64,000 nucleotides of DNA from the human T2T-CHM13v2.0 reference genome, Homo sapiens. This document shows positions 47,589 through 61,320 of the stretch, piece after piece (position 1 is the first letter of the stretch; the number at the start of each line of letters is the position of its first letter). A program made the translations under genes and the position numbers. The notes beneath the pieces are model-generated. The model searched no databases and had not been told where the DNA came from. It saw only the letters and a program-made list of their open reading frames with translations. Location: assembly GCF_009914755.1 (NCBI RefSeq), contig NC_060935.1. One strand, 5' to 3'.

Positions 47589-48176
47589 GTAATGTGTCCT
47601 CAGGCTCCCCTGAAGCCGTGTTGCTGGCGGTGCTTTAGGGTGGGGGTACTTGGTGGCTGGAATAAGAAGCTGGTCAAGCAGAAGCAAGTGAAGTGTAGGC
47701 ACTTCCCTGCTCTGGAGAATTGAGCCAGGGTTCGGGGTGGGTGGGTGGACAGGATGATGGCATATGCTCACTCTTCCTTTGTGAGAACGAGGACTTGTGA
47801 ACCAGACCTGCATAACAAAATTACCTTCTTAGAACACCTCACTGAGTAATTGGCTGTAGAAACTTCCTTTTCAGGCAATGGTACAGAAACTGCCTCTCAT
47901 TTGGGCTTGCCCATCTGGAGACCAGAAAGCACAGCCATCCTTACCCTCAAGTGGCTGTTCTTGATGAGCTAGACCAGTGTTAAGAACTCGGGTCACACTA
48001 CTTTCAGTCTTAAGTGTCTCTGCTTTGACCTCACTCAGGGTTTTCATTGGTTCTCTTGCCCCGTGCTGTTTGACAGGGAGGGAAGGTTCTCTAGAAGCAA
48101 TGCAGGGGAGTCACTGTGGCTTAGACTGAGAGCAGCTCTCTTCCCTCGGCCTCTTCCCCTTCACGTTTGCTCCTAG

Positions 48177-48293
48177 ATGGGCTATGGCAGCCGTGCTCTG
48201 CAGCTGCTGCAGATGTACTATGAAGGCAGGTTTCCTTGTCTGGAGGAAAAGGTCCTTGAGACACCACAGGAAATTCACACCGTAAGCAGCGAG
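48177..48293 (+). CDS. NAT10: NAT10 exon 19 (MGYG641SRAL...TVSSE)
   Basis: ctag|ATG ... GAG|gtaagc; 117 nt. Confidence 0.95.
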
Positions 48294-48439
48294 GTAAGCA
48301 TCTTTCGACAGACCTCCTGTGTCCTGGTTCTTGGGAGGATAATTCTCTGGGTTTTTAGGGGCATCAACAAAAACCAGTCCAGAGCTTTGGACCCCTCTCT
48401 CATTTTCTTCTGCTGCTTTCTCCTACCGAACACTTTAGA

Positions 48440-48608
48440 TCCTCAGATCAGTATCATTGGGATCATCTGGCAGCTTGTTAAAAATGTAAATTCTTGAGCC
48501 CCACTCCAGACCTACTGAATCAGAAACTCTGGGGTAGACCCTGTAATCTGTAGTTTAACAAGATTCTCAGGTGATTCTGATGCTCATTCAAGTTTGAGAA
48601 TCACTGCT
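48440..48608. mobile_element. MER5A-like hAT element
   Basis: ccccactccagacctactgaatcagaaactctgggg...ggtgattctgatgc...agtttgagaatcactg. Confidence 0.8.
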
Positions 48609-48760
48609 CTATAATCTCTTTCATCCTACACCAGACTAAGGGAAGTTCTGTCATTCCTTGATAAGAATGACTAATACTAGTAACTGTGACAGCCTTTCAT
48701 GTGCATTCATTGATTTTCATAGTATGTATATTTGAGAGCTAGACAAGGGGCTTTTATTTA

Positions 48761-49384
<624 letters not shown>

Positions 49385-49644
49385 TCTGTCAGTCGTTTCT
49401 AAACTCTTTGGCTGTCTTCCTGCATTCTAGAGGTCTGAAGCAGTGTGATTCTATGCATGTTGAGGTGTTTTGAGAATGATTGCTTGACTCCGGTGTTCTC
49501 ATAGTTTGAAAACCACAGCAATAAACCAAGAAACCTCTCCCAGTTTTTGTTGTGCTAAGTCCAGAGTGCGCTGCGGCAGGGTGCTTGACGATGTCTCTCT
49601 CCCTCTGCTGAATGGACTGTGTTCTCTCCTTGGCATCTTCCCAG

Positions 49645-49778
49645 GCTGTCAGCTTGTTGGAAGAGGTCATCACTCCCCGGAAGGACCTGCCTCCTTTACT
49701 CCTCAAATTGAATGAGAGGCCTGCCGAACGCCTGGATTACCTGGGTGTTTCCTATGGCTTGACCCCCAGGCTCCTCAA
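49645..49778 (+). CDS. NAT10: NAT10 exon 20 (AVSLLEE...LDYLGVSYGLTPRLL)
   Basis: ccag|GCT ... AA|gtaagt; 134 nt. Confidence 0.95.
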
Positions 49779-49980
49779 GTAAGTGCCTGCCCTCCTTCCA
49801 CGGCATCACTCCTTGGCATTGAGAAAGAAGAGTTCTGTGGGCTGTGTGTCTCTGTTGGTAGCTGGTGTCGGTGCTAGCCTGCTATTCGTGGCGTGCTCTT
49901 CCTGGCTCTTGCCCTTGTGTGTCTATCAGCCACTCCCCAGAGGCCACACACAGTGACCTACTGTCTTTGTATCTTTGCAG

Positions 49981-50029
49981 GTTCTGGAAACGAGCTGGAT
50001 TTGTTCCTGTTTATCTGAGACAGACCCCG
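49981..50029 (+). CDS. NAT10: NAT10 exon 21 (FWKRAGFVPVYLRQTP)
   Basis: gcag|G ... CCG|gtgagt; 49 nt. Confidence 0.95.
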
Positions 50030-52193
50030 GTGAGTGAGGCATCCAGCAGAGGAGAAGTTTAGGTTTACCGTTATGGTAGGTGACAGGCCTGTCCTTGCAA
50101 AGAGCCCTAGTGCCTCCCTGCTGCATCGCTCTGAGCAGGTGGCTGTGCCTCTGAAGAGGTTTATTCTGATGGACATGGAAACAGCCATCCTCAGTGACAG
50201 GCCACATCATCACACATTTCTTCTCCGACTACACGGTGCATGCGTTGAGCTTAGTCATAAAATGGCAGAGGTACACGTGGACTTGTTCATCAGATTCTGG
50301 GAAAGGAGAGTGGACAGGAGGATCAAGGGTAATTCCTAGAGTTTTGGCTTGAGAAACTGGGTGTTGGAGGTGCTGTCGGAGATGGGACTCACTGCAGGAG
50401 GAGCAGATTTGGAGGGAAGAGTGGGAGTTCTTTTTTGATGTTAATATGAGATGCCTATTGGACATCCAAGTGGAAATGTGGACTAGGCATTCATTTGACT
50501 ACAGGAATTTGGAGGTAGGGAAGTTTGGGGCTAGAGATGGAGCTTTGGGAGCCATCAGCATATTCATAATAGAATGCACTGCAGGAGGGCACGGAGCTCT
50601 TGTCTGTTGTGTTCATTGCTGTATTCCTCGCACTTAGAGTAGCAATTGCTGTGTAGTTTGTGTTCAGTAAATACTTTTGTTGAGTGAATGAAAAATATCT
50701 GGAGCCAATGAAAGGATGTGAGAGTGACTCCTTGGACCCTAACGTTTAGAGGAATGAAGAGGAGGACACAGCACATACAAGACTGAGAAGGAACAGCCCT
50801 GATGCGCAAGAGAAAGTCGGGTGTGGTGTCACACGTCAAGGTGAAAAAGTGGGAATGGGAGTCAGCCCTGTTGAGAGGATGAGGAGGATGAGGACAGCTG
50901 GCCATTGGATTTGTCAGCAGCGGTGAGCTGCATTGAAGCAGCTGCAGTGGAGTGGAGGCTTTGGCCTGGCCAGAGGGAAGAGGAGGTGAAGAACTAGAAG
51001 GGGAACAGGCGACTCTTTCAGGAAGCGAAAGGGAGCAGAGAAACAAGGTCGCTGGAGGGAGATGGGCGCTAAAGAAGGATTGTCCGATGGGAGATTCTAG
51101 AGAATGTTTTTTGCTGCTGGGTTCGATCCTGCAATTAGTGGTATGGGTGAGGGGGGCTGACTGCCAGAGTGCAGGCCTTGAGGAGGTGGTGGGTGGGACT
51201 CGAGATTCAGGAAGAGAGGTGACCACCTACTTCATCCTTCGGAACAGGGAAGGCAGAGAGCGTGGGAATGGAAGGCATCAGTTGGCTGGCTGATCTGGGG
51301 TTGGGAGGATGAAGACATTGTCTTCTGAGTGCTTCTGTCTTCCCAGATGAGGGGAGTCCATCGGCTGAGAGGGAAGTGTTGGAGGTTTGATTTTGGAGAG
51401 GGCAAAGTCAGTATCAGAGGCTAGTGTCCAGTGTCCGTCCGAGGGTTTAAAGTGGGACTGGTGAGGACTGCTGGGTGTTGGGCTGCTTCCGTGCAGGCAG
51501 GGAGCTGCAGAGATGGGTTGAGTCTCTGTCAGTACATTTGGTGGAGGCTGAGGATGTAAGTTTGGCTGTCAGCTGCAAGGAGAACGCAAGCTAGTGAGCT
51601 GTGGTGTGGTCTGCGGTGTGTCCGTGTGGTCTTGCACTGTGCACTGTTCATTTGTGACTTGGTGGTGTTTTTATGGTGTGGGGCTTTGTTGTTATGGAGT
51701 AAAAAATGTAAAAATAGTCACAATTTTAACACCTAAAGAAGCCTGCACTTGCAGACTGGCTGCCAGCACTGAGGTGTAGGTATTGGCCCTGGAGTTCCTG
51801 CTGTGAGGCATCAAACCCATGTTGACTGGATTGTGTGGCGCTTAAGCCCTAATGACTGAGTTCAGCATCTACCTGAGAGGAGCACATATTTCCCTCCCGC
51901 ACGTCCCGAGCAAGAGGCAGGCCCAGAAGAGCCAGCAGCTCTTCTCTGTGTCTGTGACACTTTTGAGGAGATTGCAGGACAGTGATCTTTGCAGCTGTTG
52001 TGTGTGAACTGAGGTGATATGAGGAAGGTGAAGGCGAGGGCTGTTTGAGAAGGGCGCCTACCCCCAGCCTGGAAAGAAGGAGAGGCCTGCGGAAGCACTA
52101 AGCCTTTCTTCTCTGAGTGTTTACCCTTCATCAATGATGGGTTATTCAAAAAAAGGGGGTTCTTGGTGCCAGTTAAACCTCTGTGTTGCCCAG

Positions 52194-52290
52194 AATGACC
52201 TGACCGGAGAGCACTCGTGCATCATGCTGAAGACGCTCACTGATGAGGATGAGGCTGACCAGGGAGGCTGGCTTGCAGCCTTCTGGAAAG
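52194..52290 (+). CDS. NAT10: NAT10 exon 22 (NDLTGEHSC...AAFWK)
   Basis: ccag|AAT ... G|gtgact; 97 nt. Confidence 0.95.
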
Positions 52291-52387
52291 GTGACTGAGG
52301 AGTAGGGGTTTGGGGGAGACAATGAGGTGATTGGGGGCTGCCGGGGATGCCTCCAGACCTCTAACTCTGCGTGATGGCACCCCACAG

Positions 52388-52498
52388 ATTTCCGACGGCG
52401 GTTCCTAGCCTTGCTCTCCTACCAGTTCAGTACCTTCTCTCCTTCCCTGGCTCTGAACATCATTCAGAACAGGAACATGGGGAAGCCAGCCCAGCCTG
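52388..52498 (+). CDS. NAT10: NAT10 exon 23 (DFRRRFLALL...PAQP)
   Basis: acag|AT ... G|gtgagc; 111 nt. Confidence 0.95.
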
Positions 52499-53402
52499 GT
52501 GAGCCGGGTGGGGACAGGGAGGAGGGTTGGGAATGGCTTGGCTGTGTGGGAGGTGGGTGTGGTGTCCTAGGAAGGGTTTGGGCTGGAAATTGAGGGACTG
52601 GTTCTAGCCTGCAGTCACTCGCTGGTCACCACCCGCTTGCCAGGCCCCTGCTCTGTCCCAGGCTGTGCTGTCTTTCATTTTCATGGTAAGACTCTGGCTG
52701 TGCAATTTAATGTCAGAGGTGTCCATTTAGTTCATGTAGCTGGTTGGTTATGGAGGCCGATTTACATCTGTGCTCTAGGGGAGTGAGGTGCTCCATCTCT
52801 GAGGTTTAGTTTCCTGATTCATGAAATTGTAATAAGAATATGCTGCTAGCCTTCTGTAGCCAACAGCACACAGAAGTGCTTTGTGCATACAGATTGTTTG
52901 AATACTTAAAAAACAAAAAATGTGTAAGAGATTAGTTTTATTGCATATTTTATATATAAATATTTAGGTATAGCATGCATATATGTGTATATGTGTGTGT
53001 ATATACTTTTTTGCCAATTATATTTTGATGGAGAAATCCGTATATCTTGAGCTGGGCAGAGCTTACACACTTTCTGTGACACCAAATGAAGTGACAAAGC
53101 AGGGAAAGAGTGTAGTTGTGTTCCCCTAACCCTGGGCCACAGGGAGCTTTTCCTTGGTCCATGTGTTCAGTATGGGAACTGAGCAAGGGTCCTGTGGCAG
53201 CCGTCCCCTCCCCACACGTGGCCTGGAGCCGCCCCTTCTATGGCAGGAGCAGGTTTGGTGCCCCTCTGGGCCAGGGCTGTGTGGTATGGCTGCCAGGCCC
53301 TGTTAGATGCTCCTGTGTGTTAGGGTGCCGCCTGGGGGCTGTGTGCTATCTCATGAGGGCGCCGGGTGACCTAACCTGTCTAGCTCTCTATCCCATGGAC
53401 AG

Positions 53403-53575
53403 CCCTGAGCCGGGAGGAGCTGGAAGCACTCTTCCTCCCCTATGACCTGAAGCGGCTGGAGATGTATTCACGGAATATGGTGGACTATCACCTCATCATG
53501 GACATGATCCCGGCCATCTCTCGCATCTATTTCCTGAACCAGCTGGGGGACCTGGCCCTGTCTGCGGCTCAGTCG
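53403..53575 (+). CDS. NAT10: NAT10 exon 24 (ALSREEL...DLKRLE...LSAAQS)
   Basis: acag|CC ... TCG|gtatgc; 173 nt. Confidence 0.94.
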
Positions 53576-54091
53576 GTATGCTATCTGTTGCTTGCGTGGA
53601 GGAGAAGCGAGGATTGTGGAGCTGTTCATTTGCTGGGTGTTGGGTTGGGCACTTGGACATAATTGTGTGCCTTTAATTCCTCATACATCTGATAGGTGGG
53701 TAGTGGCATCCTCATTCTACAGGTCAGGAAACCTGGGCTCTGAAGTCGAGTAATGTGTCCAGCCATACAAAGTGAGAGAGCTGCAGCTTCCACCCCACTA
53801 CGTTGCCTTGACACTTAACTCCACCTTAGCAGAGGTTCAGGAACATCCCAAACTTTTAATGTAGTTGTGAAGCAGGTATTTGTCAGGATAAAAGTTACTT
53901 TGGGGATTTTAGGAAGACAGCATTTCTTGGTGGTCTCAGTAACAGGATGAAAGAGAAGATGCCAATATACACAGTGCTAGTCTACCTTTGTACCAATAGC
54001 TTTGGTCAAGAGAGTACTCTGGTTCTTGGCGCCATTTTAATGGGCAAGGGCGTGTCCTAGAGGCCCACCCAGCAGATTTTCCATCCTTTAG

Positions 54092-54211
54092 GCTCTTCTC
54101 TTGGGGATTGGCCTGCAGCATAAGTCTGTGGACCAGCTGGAAAAGGAGATTGAGCTGCCCTCGGGCCAGTTGATGGGACTTTTCAACCGGATCATCCGCA
54201 AAGTTGTGAAG
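54092..54211 (+). CDS. NAT10: NAT10 exon 25 (ALLLGIGLQHK...RKVVK)
   Basis: ttag|GCT ... AAG|gtaacc; 120 nt. Confidence 0.95.
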
Positions 54212-54284
54212 GTAACCTCAGCCTGAGGGCAGGGGCTTGATGTCTCTCAAATAGTGCAACAAACCCACTCCCTGCTCCCGAGAT

Positions 54285-54411
54285 GAACACATGTTAGCAT
54301 TTAGCTGTGTTTGCTGCATCTCGTCACACACACACACACACACACACACAAATCCAGGACTTCAGAACACATGTTAGCATTTAGCTGTGTTTGCTGCATC
54401 TCATCACACAT

Positions 54412-54460
<49 letters not shown>

Positions 54461-54479
54461 GCGCAAATACAGGACTTCA
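54285..54479. repeat. Tandem duplication, each unit holding a (CA)n microsatellite
   Basis: gaacacatgttagcatttagctgtgtttgctgcatctc-(CA)n-aaat.caggacttca x2. Confidence 0.92.
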
Positions 54480-54721
54480 GCTCTAAAGAATCTGTGAAGT
54501 TCTGTGTCCTCTCCCAGAGGCATCCCTATTAGGAATTTGGTACATATCCAGTCTGTGTTCTTCAGCTCTTCCCGCTAATATCCACATTCCTAAACTGTAG
54601 AGTGTTGCTTTGTGTCTTCAAAATGCACACCTTTCTATAAGACACCAAGTGTCTGGGTCACGGGTGACTGGGTCCCTGCTGCTCCTTCATCTTCTGCTTC
54701 TCTGTTGGTTGTCTTTTGTAG

Positions 54722-54820
54722 CTATTTAATGAAGTTCAGGAAAAGGCCATTGAGGAGCAGATGGTGGCAGCGAAGGATGTGGTCATGGAGCCCACGATGA
54801 AGACCCTCAGTGACGACCTA
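54722..54820 (+). CDS. NAT10: NAT10 exon 26 (LFNEVQEK...TLSDDL)
   Basis: gtag|CTA ... CTA|gtatgt; 99 nt. Confidence 0.93.
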
Positions 54821-55277
54821 GTATGTCCCTGCTCATGGCCTCGGGAGTCCCAGCATTTCCATCAGTTGCCTTAGGCTGTGAATTCAGACTGTCTTCCCCT
54901 TCCCCTTTAGAAAGAGTCCTCTGCACTAATTGAGCTAAGTGCTATTCTGTAGGTTTAATTGGACAAACGGACCCAGCATTGTCTGAGCACACACAGGCCT
55001 AGAGTTGTGCCTCCCACTGATTGTGTGTGTGTGTTGTGAATGTAGGATTCCAGCATCTGTTGGAAATGTTTTGTCTTTTTTGGTGACTTCTTAAATGCAT
55101 AGTTTATAACAGAGCTACCTTAAAATAATCAAAGCTGCCTACAAGGTTTTTGCAGGTAGACGGAAGAGAAGGAAATGTTTTCTCATCATTGTGCCATTCC
55201 ACCCCAGCTTCACCTTTTCCTGTGTTTGGTTCAATCCTTGACTCTGACTTAGTCTCTTTATGGGTCCTTAACCACAG

Positions 55278-55351
55278 GATGAAGCAGCAAAGGAATTTCA
55301 GGAGAAACACAAGAAGGAAGTAGGGAAGCTGAAGAGCATGGACCTCTCTGA
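55278..55351 (+). CDS. NAT10: NAT10 exon 27 (DEAAKEF...MDLS)
   Basis: acag|GAT ... GA|gtaagg; 74 nt. Confidence 0.93.
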
Positions 55352-56447
55352 GTAAGGCTTGTGGGAAGCAGAGGGTTTGCCTTGGCTTCTGGGGCCCTAA
55401 GAATCTGCCTACACGTTTCTTCTAATCATATCCCACGTGCCCTGGAAAGTGTCTTTCATGGGATCAGTTTTAGGGATGCTAACAGTTCTATTTGACCTTC
55501 TAATTGCCTGTTTGTATAATTTTGGAAGAGTTGGGTTCCGGAGACTAGTGCCGCCACTTTGACTTACACATTGCACTCTCTGATCCCCAAGGCTCCAGGT
55601 CACACCTCGGGTCCTTCCAGGAGTGGGGGTGCCGATTGGATGAGCAGGCCCTTTAATGGTTACTTACTCTATTTGGCTTTTACGTGTGACTTTGTTTGAA
55701 GAAAGGATTCTACTGCTAAAACCAACCAAACAAGCAAAACACCCCTTGCTCTAAAACCGTCTGGGAATCCTAGTCCCTTTTGTGCTTCAGCTGTAGTGGT
55801 GCTGCCTCTCCCTCCACTGCCTGGATTGATGTGAATAATAACTCCAGAATTCATGGCCTCTGAGCCTCTGTGACCTGTAGTCCTGTTTCTGGGTCATTAG
55901 TGATGGTGGCTGCTGGGTATGTGAGGTGGAGGTGGCCAGGAGTCCTTGGACAGAGAATCGAGCTCTAGTTTTTGCCCTCAGCTTTGCAATATCAAAACCT
56001 TGATTTGCCAGGACTGCTAAATCTGAAAGAGAAGGGAGGGAGGGGAGAGGCACAGTTCAAGGGCTTGTGGACAAATGCTTGGAGGTGGGAGTGAGTGAGA
56101 AGATTGTGGGGGTGACAGGAAGCTTCTTTGGTGGATGTTAATGAGAGTCATGTGGGAAGAGCCAGGCAGGCTGCCTTCTGTGCAGGACTGTCCTCACTGA
56201 CCCCTGCCAGCAGGCCTGGTGACCCTCGCTCCTGTGGAGCTTCTATCCATAGAGCTAAGCACCATGTCTCTTGGCCCTCCTGCATGCTTGTCCCCTCTGT
56301 CCTTTCTGCTGTTCAAATGCTGACACAGCTCAGCCTGGCTTTCATGACAGGAAGTGTCTGATAAGAATGTTGTCACTGTCGTTATTTTCTCTTAAGCAGT
56401 CCCCTCTTCTTTCTAGCAGGCTTTGATAGTTCCCTTCTTTTTTTTAG

Positions 56448-56531
56448 ATACATAATCCGTGGGGACGATGAAGAGTGGAATGAAGTTTTGAACAAAGCTG
56501 GGCCGAACGCCTCGATCATCAGCCTGAAAAG
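56448..56531 (+). CDS. NAT10: NAT10 exon 28 (YIIRGDDEEW...IISLK)
   Basis: ttag|A ... AG|gtgagg; 84 nt. Confidence 0.94.
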
Positions 56532-57039
56532 GTGAGGGCCCAGGGTCTGATGTGCATCTGGCGGAAGAGGCATTCTGGCCTCTCTGCTTCTCTTTAACTT
56601 TGACTAGAAAATAGGAGGTTGGAGCAAAAGCTTTGACAGAAAAGTCATGGTTCTTCCCTTTGAGAGTCCCCTGGCCATTACCCTTGCAGTGCATGTCCCA
56701 CAGACCAGGAGGGCCATCTCTTAGGCATGGATCTCTTCACTCTTTGTATTTGTCAGCCATGCCAGGGCACTGGGCCTGTCATGGAGAAGGGCTTGAGGGA
56801 ACAGTCCAGAAGCTGCCACTGGCTGAGACTTGCTTATGGGCTTTCATCATTCAGCCCTCAGGATGACAGCATAAGGGGGCTGTTTTATTACTGTCATTGC
56901 TTTAAGATGAAGTAACAAGGCTCTCAGGGGTTAAGTTCCCAAGAAGCACACAGCTAGTGAGAGCCGGAGCCAGAATCAAGTCCAGGTTTCTCCACTGCAA
57001 GGCCATAGGTTTAACTGTTACGTTGTCCTTCCTTTGAGC

Positions 57040-57665
<626 letters not shown>

Positions 57666-59086
57666 TCACTCCAAGCTTCTTATCTGCAGAGTGGTGCATT
57701 TGTAAATAACTTAGGCTGGAACCTTCATCAGTTTTCCCTGGGAGTACAATGAGGCCTCCCCTGCCCAGAGCCACTGGAATTGAGGCTTTCACAGCTGATT
57801 TGGGGGTTGATGGGGAGGGTGAGATTTTGGCAATCCCCTATTTATTGGTTTCCTTAAAAGCTTATATTTTGGAAACATTCGGGAAGAGGAAACCTTGTGT
57901 CTCTAGGAACTATAGATCCCAGAAATCAGGTACTGTCTTCCAGAGTCTCCGTTAGTCACTGTGGCATCTTGAAGGATCCAGCATCGATGCCGGCCTCATT
58001 TCCCAGATGCTTTGTGGTGCAGCACAGAAGCCCACTGTCAGTGTGACCTGTCTCTGTTTTGTACAGTATGGCAAATGTAGCACAGGGCCCATGATGGCTT
58101 TGGCCTTGAGCACGGTGGCTTTGACTGGAACAAAAGGCCGGGGAGCATGCTTGCTGTGGAGACGGCCTCAGCTCCTCACTCTGCAGAGCTTGGCCTTTCC
58201 TGCCATTTGTTTGGCCATTGCTGGTAGTGAGAAGCCTCTCGAGCCCAACAAACCAGTGTTGTGTGGTTGTTCATGTGCTTGATGGCTCTGAGTAAATGTG
58301 AAAGCTTGAACTTTGTGAGCTAAAAATACTGGTAGCTATCATTAAGTCCTCTGAGGCCTTTCTTTTTCTTCCTTTGAGAGGTACTTCATTCATATGATGT
58401 TAATGGTCTCTGGACTGAACTCTTCACGGTCTCCTTATAGGGAAGTATTTGTTCCCAGAGCAAAATTTAACCTGTAAGTTTCTTAATGGCAGGTGGCCGT
58501 TTGCTGAGTGATTCCTATGCCAGGATATCAATGAAGAATCCAGGGGCTGGTCGCAGGGTGTCACCTGAGTTACTGTTGTTTGGGTTTTCTTCTTCTCATA
58601 TAGGAAAAATAAAATAATAGTAGCACATCAGAAAGTATGGCAGGGTTTTCCTTGGAGTCTCATGCCTTGTATTAAGGACTGTCTTCAGGGTCATTGGGAT
58701 GAATATGTCTAGTTTCCAGAGTCACTGCAGTGGTGAGAGTGGTGGTGGGGAATCCTTGTGGTGCCTTAGGTCTGTCTTGGGAGAGGGGAGCAGAGTGTAC
58801 TGCACCCTGAGGAGAACCCGGATTTCAGGTGTTAAGATCGAGATTTGTTCTTCCACAGACTAAGAGCTGGCTCAGGGCAGGAACTGGTCTGTATGGTGTG
58901 TCCCCAGCCCCAGCACAATGCCTGCCCCCTAATAGGTTTGCAGAGAACATTAATGTCCAATTGGGTGGCCTACATCAAGTTTCAGACGGTGGAAACCCTT
59001 TTTGACAAAGCAAAGCAAGCTTAAAGCAGTCTCAGATGTTCAGATCTGTACATATTTCATTCTTTCTATTTTTGATTTTTCTCTAG

Positions 59087-59195
59087 TGACAAGAAAAGGA
59101 AGTTAGAGGCCAAACAAGAACCCAAACAGAGCAAGAAGTTGAAGAACAGAGAGACAAAGAACAAAAAAGATATGAAACTGAAGCGGAAGAAATAG
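59087..59195 (+). CDS. NAT10: NAT10 exon 29 CDS (DKKRKLE...KLKRKK*), basic NLS/NoLS-like tail
   Basis: ctag|T; TAG at 59193-59195, followed by TGA. Confidence 0.95.
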
Positions 59196-59889
59196 TGAAG
59201 AGAAACTCGGGCATCTGTGTTTGATCATGGGAAGATACTCTCACTAACTGAACCCTCTCTGGCTGGACTGTTAAAAGCAACGAGAGGCCCCGGCACACCT
59301 GGAAGCTGGCCGCGAATTCGGCCTCTGGGCCTGTGTGTCTGTGAGCTCAACCTGGCTAAAGGCAGAGTCACTCCCAAATGGGTCTCTTTAGAACTTGATG
59401 GCTGGGCACTGCCATCTCTAGAATTGCCACGAGTCTCTCTCTTCCTGCCCAGTCCAGGGCCCTCCTTTCCTATAAGTTCATATTTTGCTTTGAGCCAGCT
59501 TTTTAGTCTCATTCCCACACATGTGGAAGCCACGTTGCCTCTCGACCGCCTGAGGCCCTTAAGTACATCGCTTTCTGGTGGTGCCCAGGAGGCTGCTGCT
59601 GGGCCGCTGGGTCTCTCTTTGTGGACTTGTACCTGGAGCAGGAGGAACTCCAGTCCGTCCCGGCATCCATGGCAGCCCGCGGTTAGGTGCGCCAGGGTTT
59701 GCTGATGTTGTCTTGTGCTGTTCCACTCTTGGCTCCAGCAGACCCACTGTCCCAGAAAAGCCTGATCCTGTAGTTTATGTAGAATGCCACATCTGCGTCC
59801 TCAAGACCTGTTTCATCCATTTGGGAAAAGATGTTGGGAAAGGCCACTTTGCTCGCAGGGGTGAGGGGAAGGATAGAGAATCTATTTTT

Positions 59890-59895
59890 AATAAA
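59890..59895 (+). terminator. NAT10 polyA signal AATAAA
   Basis: Canonical hexamer ~700 nt after the stop, GU-rich downstream. Confidence 0.85.
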
Positions 59896-61037
59896 TAACA
59901 TTCTAGAAAGATCAGCTGCCTGTGAGTGTTCTGAAATCCACGCACCTGGACGTTTCTTCTGGTGGGTCTTGGCTGCCTGGTGGAATTTGGAAGGTGTTGG
60001 TATCAAGGTCAAAGGTGAGCAGTGTGTCTAGGGCTTCCCAGCCCAGGAGTCTGCGGGAGAAGTGGCAGGTGGCTATGGTCACCTCGAGGGGCTTGGTGTG
60101 GTGGCTGGAAGCCAGCTAGAACTGCCTCATTTCCTTCCCAGCTCCTTCCAGGTCACTTGGTCCCTTCCATTTGTTGGGAACAGAGGTAACCTGGTGGCTT
60201 TACACATACTTTGGTATGTTTGTTTAATGGTATCCAGGCTAATGAGTCTGCAGCCCCGATATGTTGTCTAGGTTCAGAGAAGGACAGGGAAGGAAACGGT
60301 AACTTCTCAGCCTAAGGGTATTTCATATACAGCTCCTAGGACTCGTCCCCACAGGGAGAAGAGCAGGTTCTGTATGCGACCCTAGGGCTGCTGAGGCTTG
60401 TCACCGAGGCTGTCAGGACATGAGCCTAGGGGTCTTTCGTTTCTTGGGACTGAAGTTTCCTGGCCACAGACCTCTGTTAGGTCTGTAGGAAATTTTGCTG
60501 GAGGCAGGGAGGGGGCATGAAAATAATTTTTATTTATTTTCTCAGGTGGGTGCCTGAACCTGCCTTTCAAAGAGGGTTTTCTTAGACCGTGGCCAGAAGC
60601 AGAGTCACATGCTCAAATGGTCAGAGCTGGATGGGACTGTGCAAGTTGTCCAGGCATATCATCCTACAGGTAAGGAAGCTTTTGTTTAGTGTCTCTACCC
60701 TCAAAGTCTCCCCGGCTGGCTCTGCTTTGGGGTGCAAGGTGAGGGCTCTGGAGGTAGACTGCTCTGCCCTGACGCTCACCGTGGCCTTGGGCAGGTTACT
60801 TCATCCTACCTGCCCTTCAGGTCCATTTCTGCAAAATTTGAGTGGTAGGAATAGCACCTCCGTCACGGGACTGTGGTGAGAAGTGGGTGGGGTAGAATGG
60901 GAAACGTTTAGAACAGTGCCTGGCACATAGCAAGTGCCTCTGGGTTCTGGGCACTCATCAGATCTAACTAGAGGAGCCGCTCAAGTTCAGTTACATGCCA
61001 GCTCTAAGAATACTCAATAAGGACTAGCTGTGGTGTT

Positions 61038-61320
61038 CTTTTGAAAACAGACAGGGTCTTGCTCTGTTGCCCAAGCTGGAGTGCGGTGGCTCAATCATAG
61101 CTCATTGCAGCTTTGAACTCTTGGGCTGAAGCCATTCTCCCACCTCAGCCTTCCAAGCAGCTGGGAAGGTGCTCACCACCACACCTGCCTAATTTTAAAA
61201 ATTATGTACAGATGGAGTCTCAATATGTTGCCCAGGTTGGTCTGGAACTCTGGCCTCAAGTGATCCGCCTGGGCCTCCCAGAGTATAGGGATTAGAGGCA
61301 TGAGCCACCACACTTGGCCA
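61038..61320 (-). mobile_element. Alu (J-like)
   Basis: Diverged Alu. Confidence 0.82.

Noticed and set aside
50564-51226. 220-aa antisense ORF and overlapping 113-aa ORF in intron 21
   Set aside because: Low-complexity translation of degraded L2-like sequence, with no ATG start and no recognisable domain
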